DNA from: Camelus dromedarius
Taxonomy: Eukaryota
Assembly (NCBI RefSeq): GCF_036321535.1
Contig: NC_087447.1
Coordinates: forward strand, 28,458,001 to 28,522,000
Direction of reading: 5' to 3'
DNA: 64,000 nucleotides
Position numbers and translations under genes: made by a program. Positions within the stretch are counted from its first letter, which is position 1; the number at the start of each line of letters is the position of its first letter. This document shows positions 12,656-26,230 of this stretch, in pieces. The notes beneath the pieces are model-generated. The model saw nothing but the letters and a program-made list of their open reading frames with translations. It had not been told where the DNA came from and made no database searches.

Positions 12656-12759
12656 GTGGGGTTGGTGGTGTATGTGTGTATGTTTGGCCTAAGTTCTTCC
12701 ATTAGTTTCTGTTGCTTGTAACCAGAGATTTCTAACTGGTACACTCCCTTCTAACCTCC

Positions 12760-13122
12760 TCCCACAGCTCTCCTCACATATCCTAGATTCCAGGACCATA
12801 AGAACTTGAGTAATTTTCACAGCATACTATATACTTCATTCCACTTTCAAGCTTTTGTCCTTAATAGTCCCTCTTCCCGTAACACCTTTTCTTCATTTCT
12901 GGAAAATTACAATTCATCCTTTAAACATTAGCTTAAATATGGAAGGAAGGCAAAATTAAGTGTCCTTGTTTTTCATGTACTCATGGCAATTTTCACATCT
13001 TTATAACTTACAACAGGGTATTATAGCTAGTGATTCACATGTCCAACTCTTCCAGGAGATGCTGAAATCCTCAAGGACACACAGGCAAAGTTCAACAAAT
13101 ATTTGTTGAACTGAATGAACTA
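12760..13122 (+). mobile_element. L2 3' end
   Basis: ends ttcaacaaatatttgttgaactgaatgaa, the L2 terminus. Confidence 0.7.
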
Positions 13123-13914
13123 AATCACATCCAGAGATATTTTTTTCAAAAGATGGCTCTCTTCTTTTCTTTGTTAGTTTAAATGTTTTAAAATTTCCAA
13201 TCGTCTTCTCTTTTGAAAACTGTATCCTATTAACACTTTATAGTGTTTAGAATTAATAACTGATGAGATGTAGAAAGCAAAAATAGTTGTCCGACTTCTC
13301 TCCCTTCTGTGGTTCCCTGCCTCTCTCTTTTCCACTGGCATATCACATTTTGATGCCATTTTTTGTTTCCTTCCAAATTCCCTTGGCCTCTGTCTTTGCA
13401 GAAATACACAATGACCCATTATGCAGTGAGTTACGTTGTATAACAAACAGGATTTCCCTCCTCTCCTGAGACCATGTGGAAGAAGAAAAAAACCCATGAA
13501 ATCCTTAACAAGGCTGCTAATATGAATGAAGGCCAAGGATACAATCCCTGAGGAAATTCTGAAGAATGGATACAGTTGGACTCCTCCTGTTAAATCACTA
13601 GTGAATTATTCAATAAAAGCAAAACATAAATAAGAAAATGCCAGGGGTTCCTGTCTACCTTCCTGAAAAGATTGATCCAAAGCCCCACTTTGCAACTGTT
13701 CAAATGAATTACCTTCAATCAGAGAAGCAAAACACTAATCAAAACTAGGGAAGAAATAAATGGAATTGGTTTTCTCTTTGTACTACTTAATGGTGTCTGT
13801 CCTGTCTCATCTGCTGCCCTTCCTGATTGACCAGGGAGTTAGTAAATATCTCTTTGGTATTACAAGTCCCCATTCTTGAAGAAAAAAGAAGTAATCTTTT
13901 TCACCTGACCTCTT

Positions 13915-14365
13915 GAACCTCTTCACCTTAACCCCTCTGCCTATACAATGAATTCCAGATTCCTGACCTCAGTACACAAGGTCCTCCATGATTCCATCCG
14001 GCCCCAAACTACGTCCTCTCCCACTATCTCTGCCATTCTATTCCAAAAGCCAGTAACTTTTCCAGTTTATCCAAAGTTTTTTGATACTCTTACTTTCAAG
14101 CCTGCTACATTTTTAAACTGGAAAACCTTTTCTCTTTATCTTGGAGTCATATCCTCCCCATCCTTGTTTACTCATTTCAAAGACCTAGTCCCTTACTCCT
14201 CTGAACCCTCACAGTGCTCTAAACACATCTCCATGTTCTGTGTAATTTATCTCTTGATCTGTTTTTCCCTACTCAGACTCGGAGCTCCTTGGGAGCTGAG
14301 AGCATATATCAATCACAGTTCCCAAAATAGAATAGATGCTCTAATATTGGTTGGATGAATTAATA
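13915..14365 (+). mobile_element. L2 3' region
   Basis: attccagattcctgacctcagtacacaaggtcctccatgat...gagctccttggga...atattggttggatgaat. Confidence 0.7.
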
Positions 14366-15224
14366 GTTACTTACTTCTGAAATAAGGTCACGGGTTGTTG
14401 CTGAGGGTGAAGGAAGTACCCAGTTAACGGTACACATACAGTCTTTTTTTTCCTACCCAGTATGAAAAAGGAAACCAAAAGTTAAGTTTCATAACACAGA
14501 CCATCAGCTCTGAGCTAGGCACCACAATACAGAGATACAGTCTCAGCTTTGAAAGTTCACAGTTTTGAAGGAAAAAAGCTTTAAACTGGTACATGTTACA
14601 AAATAATAATGGGGTTAAAACGTGCTTATTTTACCTTTCTTATCATGGGAAAATAAATACGCCATCTCTGAGGCCCACTGAAAAACAATTCAATGACCCA
14701 TAAGCCAATGGGCTTCATGGTGCCAGAGAGAAATTCATTGTTTTTTGCTATGACAGTTAGTGATCATGGTATCTGGAAATTAACACCAACAGAAACTGAA
14801 GGAAATTTCTCTATGTGCCCATAAGGGCATAAAGGTGCTAATCTATAAAATTGTAATGGACACCAACAATAAATGACAAGGGATAAACATATACTTATCT
14901 CCAACTGGTTCTGTTTAAAGGAAGAGGAAAAATGAGGTCAATGACTTCACTCAAAAAGCTATTCTAGGTAAAGCCTTTCTAACATGAGCATAGACAGAAA
15001 TTGGTTATTTCAGCCCAGATTCCAACAGCTTTAAAGAGCTCTCCTCTTTAGAGGGTAACATTCATTTAAGGGATCTTTCAACCCATACAATTTCCCAATT
15101 CCTAAAATTGATCATACGAGCAACTTGATTCCAAAAAGTGTTAGCACTTCAATAATGGTGGTAGACAAAGAAACAAGAAATCACTACAAACTATTTCACT
15201 GGTCCTGAAGTTAAAATATAATAC

Positions 15225-15375
15225 GGCACTGTGAAAAGTGCATAAGCTTTAGAGAGACACAGTTTCTGGTTCTGGCTTTGTCTTTCTCTGGTTTTCGCTT
15301 TCTGCCTATGGAAATTTGAGTAAGATTTTTAGTCCCAGTGGACATCAGCTTCCTCATCTGAGGAACTGAGATTTT
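15225..15375 (+). mobile_element. MIR fragment
   Basis: catcagcttcctcatctg core motif. Confidence 0.45.
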
Positions 15376-16169
15376 TTTTTAAAAGCCCACTTCATAAAGG
15401 CTTGTGAATATTGAAAATGGTATTATAAGGAACCTAGCCTAGTATTTACCACATGGTCACATATCAAGTAATACATACTTTATAAAAGTATACTGATTAT
15501 CTAATTATAATTAATTGAATTATTTATTACTGTTCTGGATAGGGAAGACCAAAGTATAAGGGAGACACTACCATTGTTCCTGATGTTTAGTAAAGACACA
15601 GTAGAGGAGAAAGTTAAGGATGAAGAGTTGAGATAAAGAACAAGACAGGAAGGAAACAGGTTGAGAAAGCTGGAGCATCTCAAGAGCACTGGCTCATTGG
15701 AAGGGGGTTTATAAACATGTCAGAATGGCTAAAAAGTCCAGGATCCTAGGAAGAACATAAACAGAGACTGCATAGAAGAGTGGATTTCTGAACATTTCAC
15801 CTGACTTTTCACTCCACTAATGGACATCCTTCCTTCAACAATAATCCTCTAAAATGTCCTGCATCTACAGTGGTGTAAAGAAAAGAGAAATGTATTTTTC
15901 TAACCACAGATGGTCATACAGATGGACGGGAAACCCCTCTGGATAGATATAGGCTACATGTTGTTGTGAAGAGCATCAAAGAAGTAGCGTAGGCAATCAA
16001 TTTGTGGACCAAGTGAGATAGTGCTCCAGGATTTGTATGTGGTGATACCTTTTCCCCCAGTGCAAGGCCCTAGGAAGTTAAGGAACAACAGTTCTAAGGT
16101 GAGAATGCAACACACCATGAACTGTCTTATTACCCTGACTTGAAAGAGACACAGAATCTTCTCTCTAAG

Positions 16170-16400
16170 CAGCTGTGTGAAGAGCTCCAGGCTTTGGAGG
16201 GAGAAAAGACTGAATTCAAATCCCTCCTAAGATACTTGAGAGCTGTACGATATTGGGCAAGTTTTTCTATATCTAAATTTCAGTTAAATGAATAGAATAA
16301 TCACTACCTCACAGAGTCATGTACAGATTAAATAGCATAATTATGTAAATTACATATCACAGCCCCCGACTACACAGTATACACTCAAAACTCAACAGCT
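16170..16400 (+). mobile_element. MIR SINE
   Basis: ggctttggag...gaattcaaatcc...gggcaagtt...ctacctcacagagtcatgtacagattaaat. Confidence 0.75.
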
Positions 16401-17594
16401 GTGTCTGTTACGTGGAAGAAGAAAAGAAATGAAACATTGTCGTTTGTCCATTTCTGCATTTGGCACTAAAGGAATTCCACAGAATCTTGAAGATGAGGCT
16501 TCACAAAAATGAATAAATCTAACATCTAAACCTCCACCAGTTTCAGTGAACCCCACTGGAGCAAAGACTATCAGAGAATATTGGATGGAATATGAGCACA
16601 GCTTTAAAACTTCCCCAATTTTCTCTAGGGAGATGAACTCAGGTGTGGTAACGTTCTTCTGCCCACTCAAGGTGAAGTCTTGCCAGTTGTAGGAAGCCCT
16701 AAGTGGGGGCTTTTCAAGACTCCTATATACCCAACAAGACCACTCTGAAACTCTAGTATAATCGAATTATATATTTGTAAAAACTGTCATCTGAAATTAA
16801 CACCTGGGTCTGGCTACAAATTCGCCTCACTTCATTCTGCTCACGTTATGTTTTAGTGACCAAGCGTCACACTTGCTGATCTGCTGGCAACTGTGCAGTG
16901 ATGCCCAGTCTGCAGGTGTGTGCAAACAACCAGCTCCTCCTTACAGCACCTGTGGAGGGCGGAGCGCTGCTGGCCTGCCTGGTGAGAGCCTGACTACCTC
17001 AGCAATGTGGGTGGCTCAGGTACCTGAGTTCTAGGGGACATCTAGCAAATAGGAGCCTCAGACTTGGGGATCAGAGCACATCACAGCCGTGTGAGCTTTG
17101 GTGTCCTCACGTATCAAAGGTAGATAAAAACATCTGTCCTCATCAACCTTTCAGACTGCTTGGGTGGATCAAAATATAAACAGATAGACATTCATGCAAA
17201 TTCGGTATAAATTACGAAGTACTAAGGATTAGAACAATATAAGCAACACTGTCACTATTTCTTCTTACAGGTGTTTAAAATATATCTTATAAGTGCCTGG
17301 AAACAATATATAATCTAGCATTGAGAGAGGATGAGACATAAATGAGGATGGAATCTGTTTATGTGGGTCTTCCCTAATACCATTAGTATGTGGTGCTTAT
17401 ATCTCAGACATTTGTTTTTGAAGAGGTAATATTGTGGCCCTAGAAAGCCCCTATCAGAGTAACGGGAATGATTTTGCCTCTCCTCCGTGCTTCCCAGAAA
17501 ATCTGTGAGCACCAGTATCTTCTCGGGACATTTCCTTTTTGCTTAAGCCAGCGTGATTGGCTACTAAAGCTTGCAACTAAGAACTCTGACTGGT

Positions 17595-17825
17595 ATACAC
17601 GGTATAGTGGAACGACCTTTGGGACCAGGCAGAGCTGGATTGACATACCAGGTCATCACTTACTAAACTTGGACAAGTCACTTAATCTCTATGAGCCCCA
17701 GTTTCTAATCTATAAAATGAGAATGAGAGGCCCCTCGTCACAGAGATTGTGTAGATTAAACCAGCATGTGTGAGGAGAGGGAATAGGGTGGTTGGCACCT
17801 AAAGAGGTTTAATGTATCACAGTTG
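17595..17825 (+). mobile_element. MIR SINE
   Basis: cttggacaagtcacttaatctctatgagccccagtttctaatctataaaatgag. Confidence 0.8.
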
Positions 17826-17854
17826 CCTTTATTCTCCAGATCAAGGATTCTTTA

Positions 17855-18000
17855 CCTTGCAGGGTCACTCACACCTTTGAAAATCTAATGAAAGCACTGG
17901 GTCTCTGATCCAAAAGTGATGTGCATATACATATTCACACAGCCTCTTCCATAGAGTTCCAGAAGTTCATTGGCTCCACCGAAGTCTAATAAGGGGCCCA
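17855..18000. mobile_element. hAT-Charlie MITE remnant (MER103-like)
   Basis: gggtcactcacacctttgaaaatctaatgaaagc; antisense-similar to the element at 48847. Confidence 0.5.
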
Positions 18001-18274
18001 GCAAAATCGAACAACACCTCCTACTATACATGGTCACTTAAAACACACACACACACACATTTTCACTTCAAGTGTTAAATACTTGCTTCATCTCTGAGCT
18101 CTTCTGCCACTGCTACTACCAAGACTCAATAAATGCTCTTCCTTTCACAACGAATAACTACGTACAAAAGGCTTTTACATTCACCATATCACTTAATCGT
18201 CAAAAAAAAAAAAAAAAAATCCTGAGGTCTATCTTGTCACCCTGTTTTACGTATTGGAAGAGTAAATGTTTATT

Positions 18275-18412
18275 TTTTATTTCTCCACCGTAAATAAGCC
18301 TCACGAGGACATAGCCAATACTGTTTTAGTCCCCGTTGTTTGGTCAACAATTTATACTGCGGCTGGAACATGGCAGGCACTCAGGTGCTTATGTGAAATA
18401 AATGAATGGAAA
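18275..18412 (+). mobile_element. L2 3' end, preceded by an antisense MIR scrap (~18140-18255)
   Basis: gctggaacatggcaggcactcagg...aaataaatgaatg. Confidence 0.6.
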
Positions 18413-18639
18413 ATATAAAAAGAGGACTCTCGTTTCCTGAATGATAAGATTCAATAATTTGAGGCTAAATCAGCACAAAGTTGCAACCCTATTAGAACTG
18501 CCTTGTGGACCTACCCCAGTACCATCAGAGATATAATGAACTCTTGGTAAATGTTTGGTTGATGGATAAGGGATAAATGCATTAACAAATATCATCTCCT
18601 TTCTAAAAATGGAACCTTGAATTTCAACAAGTTTCTGAG

Positions 18640-19132
18640 TCCTTTATATATTACTGCCCAAAATGTAGCTGCTTAAAGCAACCCTTTTATTTTGCTTTCA
18701 GTTTTGTGGATCAGGCATTTGGGAAGGGCTCTGCAGGCTGGTTTATCTCTAAGCTATATGGCACCAGCTGGGGTGAATGGGACTTAGAAGATCCATTTCC
18801 AAACTGACTTCTTCACCCAATTGCCTCTGCCTTGGCAGGAAGTGGTCTCAACTTGGCCTCTCCCTCCTCATGCAGTGCCAGATTCTCCTGACTTTGGTTC
18901 TCTAGCAGGGTTGTCAGACTTCTTACGCAGCAACACGGGGCTCCAAGATGAGGAAACAAAACCTGCAGCCTACTTAAGCGTTATGTCTAGAATTCAAATA
19001 GCATCATTTCCACTGTACTTTATTGGTCAAAGCAGTCACAGGCTGGTCTTAATTTAAGGGGTGGGGAAATAGATCTCATGTCTTGATGGGAAGGATAACA
19101 AAGAATAGGAAGCCATTGTTAATCTGCTAACA
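18640..19132 (-). mobile_element. MaLR solo LTR (MLT1F/H-like)
   Basis: ttttgtggatcaggcatttgggaagggctc...ctttattggtcaaagcagtcacagg...gtcttgatggga. Confidence 0.75.
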
Positions 19133-20154
19133 GTTTCTTTAACCAAGAAAAAGTTCACAAACATTAAACTATGGAGTGGTTCTTGTTGCCATCTTCAATC
19201 AGACTTTTGTCACGGAGTAACTTTCATTTCCCAAATATCAGTAAATAATTCTATAAACCCTTAGATTAAAATTCAATGAAGTTTGGATGCATATCTGAAT
19301 TAATTTCCATGCTTCAGTGAGCAGGTCTCAGGAGTAACATAGGAGTGCCTGTGTTCTAGTTATTTAAGGTAATTTAAACTTCTCCAAATCTGGTGGGATC
19401 AAGCAGCCCAAAATATCATTACAGCTAAAAATTTACTCTACAGTAAAGTGTCATTGCAAATCAACCAACCTCCTAGGCATGCAAAAAATTCAGCACTGCC
19501 ACTTTTAGGATATTTTAGCATCTCAACAGGGAGTATGGCTAAGTAAGAGCTAAAATAGCACAACAATCCCTGAAACCACACAGAAAAAAGAAAAAACAAA
19601 TAGCACAAACAAGCACAGGGCATCATGGACAATCCCAAAGAGAACTGACGTTTATTCTCAATGCCAGTTTCTAGAGGCTCCATATTTTAAGGAGTTTTAC
19701 TTCTGAAGGTTTTAGCCATACCTATTCCCACAAATTGAAATTACTTCCACAGGCACAAAGATTATTTTCTTATTGTGTCATGATCTTAATCTCTACCTGT
19801 GACAAGCATTTATACTGCATATTTATTTTCAGTGACCCAGGCCTTTTGCTATCTATTAATTGCTCAAAAAGAGGAACTGTTTGATTTTGTTAAATGCACA
19901 CTTGGATTATTTTGGTTCATTGGAACTTTCAAGATAATGGCTGAGTATATCGGGGAAGAAAACACTTTATAAATATAAGACTTGCCATAACTAAGGTAGA
20001 TCTAGACACAAATGTGGAAACCTTAGAATATAAGAGCAAAGGAGAGAATGAACAAGATGGGTTTAACAGAAGCTATAGATGTTAATCCCAGAGAAAGCAT
20101 CTGGAGAACCGTTCTGTTTCTGATGGGGCACAATGTCCCAGCCCCAGCATCACA

Positions 20155-20306
20155 ATCTTTCATTCTTGAAACGTTCACTAGAATGCAAGATCCATGGGGA
20201 GTAAGATTTTGGCCTTTTGCTCATTAATGCATCCTAGACACTTAGAACAACACCTGGCATGTAATGAGCACTCAATAGATGTTTGTTCATTTTTTAACAA
20301 ATGAAG
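20155..20306 (+). mobile_element. L2 3' end
   Basis: cactagaatgcaagatccatg...cttagaacaacacctggcatgtaatgagcactcaatagatgtttg. Confidence 0.8.
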
Positions 20307-21559
20307 CTCATGAGGACTGGCCGAAAAGGATCCAGGAGGCTAACTGAATGTGGGTGTAGTTACTAGGTATGTATTCATGCAGCAGGAACTCTGTCCATGG
20401 CATAAGAGAATGGAACCAAGATACCTGCCAACACAGAGGCAAGCCTCAGGGCCCTTGTCCACTGGATAGTGTGTAATGAGGGGCTCCTCAGTGCAACCAA
20501 CCAGAGTTAAGAAAAGAGGACACAGGCAGAAATCTTATTCTATGATGAAACTGGGCAAAGAGGACAAGTATGAGGCTGTTGCATCCCTACCATCACTTGG
20601 ACACTCAGATCCTAAGCCCGGTGAGTAGAAAGGGGAATGGGAACAGAGTGGAGGAAACACCATATGATCCAAAGTGTGATACATGACATAATGCCAAGAT
20701 TTACTCCACTCAAAGGATAAGTGCAATGTGAACAACATCATTATTCACTCTCTTTTTCATTTGATCGACTCAGGAACTAGGAGCCATGTGTGAGACAATT
20801 TGAAGCAGTGAGCAGGCATAGGTAGAAGGAAAAAACAGAGATTGACATAATCCATCTTAACGCCTAAGGCAAGACATTCCATAGTCTCTCTCTCCTCCTG
20901 AGATATTCTGAATCTGAAGAATTTTTCAATAAGAAAGCCCATAATATCCAGCCTTCAAACATTTTAATGCATCAAGAAGAACTGATTTGGGAAATTATTC
21001 ATGGTAAGTTTTGCATGAGAATTAATACAAAGCAGTATAATATAATAATACAATTAATATAAAACAATATAAAACTAGAGAAGGAAACAAATCTCAAAAT
21101 CCCAGTAGACCACAAGCTAATGAGATCTAGCCATTGGTTTCTATGGCACAAAAAAGAAAACTAAATGGCAAAAAAAAAAAAAAAAAAGTCAAAGCTCATG
21201 CTTATCTTATTCAATGCTCTATTATCAGCCCTGCCAATAGTGATGAATTTATAGTGAATGAAGGGAGTCTGGCCTTGTATATGCAGGACACCAGCCTAAC
21301 GCTGTCAGAAGTTCTGTTCACCAAGGGTAACAGATGCTGTGTTCCCTTTTAGGAGGGAAACCTTTCTGCATGCCTGATCACCTGACTCTTTGCCGGCCTG
21401 TCCTTTCCACGAGCGTCTCCTTCTTCCACTGCATCTTATAACCTGACCTCATTAGAGAACTACATCCAGTTGGGCCCCAAATTAGGAAGAAAAGCATTAA
21501 ACAATCTCAGATGCTCAAAGCTGATCAAGGACAAGAACAATATGAAAAAGAAGGACATA

Positions 21560-21975
21560 CAGTAACACACATGCTCAGGAAAAAAAAAATCAGAAAATAT
21601 CCAAACGATACCAGAGGTAAGTAGTGCAATTATAGGTGATTTAAAAATTTTTTTTCCTTTATGCTCTTTTCATGTGTTCCATAAAGAACATGTATTATTT
21701 TTATATTGAGAATATATCATCAAATTGAAATATATGGTATATGTGTATACGATCCCATTTTTTTAATAAAAAGAGTGTGTGTAGGCATATATGCTTGTGT
21801 TTGTGTAGAAAAATTTGGAGCTTCAGACATCAAAGCTATAAATAGTAGCCATGTTTTGGAAATGGGATTGAGGTTGGGGGAAAAAAAAGAGACAAATTTT
21901 ACCTCTTTTCTTTTATTTTTCTGTAATGTTTGAATTTGCATTTTATAATACACTGCATTATTTTAAAATTTAAAA
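21560..21975 (+). mobile_element. Old L1 (L1ME-like) 3' UTR fragments
   Basis: attataggtgattt...gaacatgtattatttt; atatggtatatgtgtatacgatcccattttt. Confidence 0.5.
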
Positions 21976-22719
21976 AAGTAGGTGACTAGAAATGATATTC
22001 TACAGTGTCTCCTTGGTAGTCAGACCCATGGAAAATAAATCCAAATATACACTTAAATGTATTATTGCTATAATAATGTGTAGTTTTGAATGATAATATG
22101 TTATTATACCATTATTGCTATTATAACAACACATTACACTTGTATAGGTTAAGTTCCTTTGTTTTATTCCTTAGGGTAGACTAAACAAAACAAACCTGAG
22201 GGACAAGTGATACAATACAGTTCTCTAAACATAATGATGGGCTTGTGACTTATACATGAGTCCTTCCTAAAAACAGAATGAGAACAAAGCTTAAGACCTG
22301 CTCCTTGAGGAACTTAGCTGAGTTACAGGGAAGACTTCACGCAGAGAGGGCAGTGGCACCGGTGTGGGTTAGCAAGAAGCACACACAGAATTGCTTTCCC
22401 TGGAGGACTTTAAAAATAGGCTGGCATGTCTGGGTGAGTGGAAATGTGCTTCTGCTGAAGGCCAAGCAGATGGACTTAGTGACCCCTCAAGGTCGCTTCC
22501 AGCCCTGGGACTCGGGTTTACAACCCCTGCTCAGGCATGAGAGCCCTGCTTCGCCCGAATGGCCTCACCTGTGTTCCCTGGCTGCCTTATCTCCATGGGT
22601 TACAGATGCTTCCCGCATCCTGCTACATCTAGAATCCTTGGGCCCAGCTCCTATCCAGATAGGGACCTAACTGCAATCTCTAGCAAGAAGATGGTTGTTC
22701 AGAAGCAAATTCAAAACAT

Positions 22720-23242
22720 GAGGTCTGCAAAACCCAAATTAAAAGACATACTATAAGATGACTGACCTGTAATCTTTAAAAAGTCAATGCCATCTAAAAC
22801 AAAGTAAGGCTGAGACACATTCTGGACTAAAGGAGAACAAAGGAAACTGAAAGGAAACTAAATTAATGGAAACTAAATGCAGTATATTATCCTGAATTGG
22901 ATTATATAATGGGGGAAAGGACTATAAAAGACATAATTGGGCCAATAAATGAAGTTGGAATGTATTGTATCAATGTTCAATTTCCTGGATTTGATAACTA
23001 TACTATGATTATGTAAGAAAATCCTTGTTCTTAGGAAACAGACACTGAAGTATTAAGCAGTAAAGATTAGCTAGGTAGCTGGATAGATAGAGATATAAAT
23101 AAATACATACACAGATGATAAATAAAGTATGACAAAATGTTCAAAATCGGTGCATCTGAAAAAGGATCTACAGAAGTACTTTGTACTAATATTTAAACTT
23201 TTCTGTAAATTAGAAATTATTACAAAGAAAAAATTTCTAAAA
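22720..23242 (+). mobile_element. Old L1 (L1MC4-like) 3' UTR
   Basis: gtatcaatgttcaatttcctggatttgataactatactatgattatgtaagaaaatccttgttcttaggaaacagacactgaagtatt. Confidence 0.75.
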
Positions 23243-23449
23243 CTGGGCTCTAATGTTGGTACTATGACTTAGGTTTCACTCCCAGGATTCCTGCCTTCTT
23301 ATCTGCTCCTAACCACTAGAAACCACGTCTATCTTGGCCAGCCTTGGACTCCTCCCCATTTTGTCCTAATCTCTGGGACTGCCACAGTTCTGCCTCTCAG
23401 CTTGTGTCCGCTGCTCACCCTTTCACGTCTCTAACTCCATCCCTTTAGG

Positions 23450-24085
23450 ATCAGAATGATGGAGGTGAATCGGATTCAGGTGTCAGTGTGGGACGTGGTG
23501 AGAATCTGTCAGATTCTCTGATACACTCAGAAATTATGCTGACAGGATTTCCTAATCAATTTGTTGTATGTTATGAAAGAAAGAGTGGAGTTAAGAATGC
23601 CCTCCAGTCCTCTGGTTCAAGAAATTTGAGTTGCCATTTTCTGAGACGGAGACACGGAATGGGAGCAGGTGGCGAAGGATAAATCAAGGCTTGGATTTGG
23701 GGTATGCTACCTTTGAGATGCTAGTTAGACATTCAGGGAGAATGTTCTAGGCTGTTGAATATAAGACTCAATCTCATGGTTATGGATATAAATGTGAAAA
23801 CTGTCCACTTAGAGACGGTACTGAATGCTATGTGACTTGATGAGACCACGAGGAATAGTGTGCAGGTAGGGAAGAGGTAGAAGAGAGTCAAGAACTGTCC
23901 CTGTTCAGTGAGACATGAGGACGAGAAGGACAACTGAGCAAAGGAGACAGAGAAGTAGCAGCCAGATGAGTGAGAGGAATACGGAAGTAGTGCTGTGCCT
24001 CAAAATCAAGCTGAGGTGTGGAATATCACGTGGAAATGATCAATGGTGTCAAAAGCTGCTGATAGCTTAAGTGGTGATTGCCAGT
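23450..24085 (-). mobile_element. L2 internal fragment
   Basis: gagttgccattttctgagacgg...ttgagatgctagttagacattc...caatggtgtcaaaagctgctgatag. Confidence 0.75.
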
Positions 24086-24134
24086 GTGTGGTAGGACTGA
24101 GTTTTTTGTTGTTGTTTTCTAACTCTGCCTTTCT

Positions 24135-24430
24135 GATAGAAAGCAGAACAGTAGTTGCCTAGGGTGGGGAAGGGAGGTCATGCAGATAATAAGAAAGGAA
24201 TATCAAGGAGCTTCCGGGGTGACAAAAGTGTTTTCTATCTTATCTAGGGTGTGGGTCACACAGGTGTGAACACTCTTCAAAACTCATCGAACTGTACACC
24301 TAAGATCTGTGCATTTCACTGTGTGCAAATTACACTTCAATAAAAAATAAAAATAAATTCTATTTTTCATGTCTTTGCATTTCCAATATTACTATAATGA
24401 ACATTCATTACTTTTATAATAAAAACTAAA
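24135..24430 (+). mobile_element. Old L1 (L1MB/MC-like) 3' end
   Basis: tcaaaactcatcgaactgtacacctaagatctgtgcatttcactgtgtgcaaattacacttcaataaaaa. Confidence 0.75.
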
Positions 24431-24734
24431 CATTTAGAACCGAAGGTTGGATTACTGCATATGTCAAACGTCTTTGAATTGTAAAGGTAAGAATTAGCAG
24501 GATATTATTTCTTCCCTCAACCAAAAGCCAGTGTAAATAATAATTGAATAGTGTACATAATGAAAATTTTGCCACGAATTTCCCTAGGGGAAACCCACCT
24601 CTGCAAGTGAAAAACTAATTCTTATAGATAAACCAGGCAACATCTACTTTGTCACAGGTCAAGACTGGACAGTTCAGGTGATGAGCGAGTTTTGCATTTC
24701 ACAAATCCAAAGCAATGGAAGCTAATATCAAAAT

Positions 24735-24910
24735 ATAGTTTTGTGTCCTTGAGTAAGTCAGCTAAATTCTGTGTCCAGATTTTCTCCAAAATGGCAATAA
24801 TGTCTGCATATATCAATCTCACAGTCTTGAGACAATTCTATGAGCTAATGATCATGAAAGCTATTTGGAAATCATACAGAATTTTGCAAGTTCAAGGCCT
24901 GGGAAATATT
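24735..24910 (+). mobile_element. MIR3-like fragment
   Basis: tgtgtccttgagtaagtcagcta...caaaatggcaataatg. Confidence 0.45.
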
Positions 24911-25399
24911 AATACAACCTAAGGCCATGGGCAGTTCCACTTATTTCAGTAAGCTTACAGGGAATCTTCCCACTGAAGGTAGACCTCAAAACCTCCTTCT
25001 TTCCTGGAAAAAGAGTGCAGAGCAAATGCCCCAATAACTGTGACTCTGAAACACTGGCTTTCTACAGCTAGTGAGTTTTTGCAGTACAATGTGAAGCTTG
25101 TATCTTGAGACTTTTCAAATGATCCCTTCCTCTCTTTTGCTGTACATCCTCCTCTGCCTCCATTCTCATTAGAATGAGAGATTCTTGTCTTCTTGTAAGT
25201 TAGTTGAGAAAGAAATTTAATTCATCTGAAAGGCATATGAACTTCCATGTTCAAAAATGAAATTTCTTCCTTCCCTTGTAAAACTTACTCCATTTCCTGT
25301 GTACAAAGCATCTCAGTACATTTCTATCATCTCCAGAAGCTGCATTTGAAAGATAGAAAATAATTAGTGTTTTTCTAGAATAAAAAAGCTGGACCAAAG

Positions 25400-25700
25400 A
25401 ATTAGAGAAAGGACAAGAATAATACCAAGCAACTTGGTTGTGGGTCTTATCTTACTGGCAAATGGGTGTCATGGAAGGTTTTTTAAAAGAAGATTGACAT
25501 AATTTTTAAGAAATAAGTGATGTGTTAGCAATCTTGATTCAGTCAGCAGAATAGACTGAAAGGGGTCAAGTAATAGAGAAGCTCCCAGATGAAAGTCTAC
25601 TGACATGGTAGACCGTGAGGTCTTGAGGGCAGTGAGAATAGAACAGGAATAGGAAAGTCAGAAATAGAATACAGGCATGAAGAACATGAAAATATGGTTT
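25400..25700 (-). mobile_element. L2 remnant
   Basis: tcttactggcaaatgggtgtcatggaaggttttttaa resembles antisense L2. Confidence 0.4.
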
Positions 25701-26069
25701 AGGACATGGTGAGTTCAAGATCACAGTGAGATGCACACAGAAGCATCAGGCACATATAACCGAAAGTGCAAGGCTAGGAAGCAGAAGAATGGCTTCACGC
25801 ATAATTACTTTGGGAAGAGCGTTCCATTCAGTGTGGTCATTGAGGGTCTGTAGAGTTGCCTTTACCAAAAGTGTATATGGATTCTATTTATTTAATAACA
25901 CATTTAAGCTAAGATATCAGAAATATCTTTCAGGATGTAAACAATATTGAAAATTACTGAGCTACTTTACATTCTTTTTTCCGTATTTTTCAAAACCTTT
26001 TTTTTCCCATAGTCTTCAAAATTCAGTGTGCATATGTGTTTATCTGAATTTATGTGTGTACTTACAATG

Positions 26070-26230
26070 ACATTATCAAGTTTTTAGTATATGCCAGGCA
26101 ATGAATATAGCATTTTAGATATATTAATATAAATAGCTGAAACAATTTTGTGAAATAAGTATTATGAATATTATTCTCATTTTATGAGTTAAAAGTCCTA
26201 AGATTAAGTAACTTTTTTTCAAAACTATTC
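26070..26230 (-). mobile_element. MIR fragment
   Basis: tatatgccaggcaatg...attattctcattttatgag. Confidence 0.55.

Noticed and set aside
22278-22670. 130-aa plus-strand ORF
   Set aside because: No homology recognised and no exon boundaries; likely chance in a GC-richer patch.
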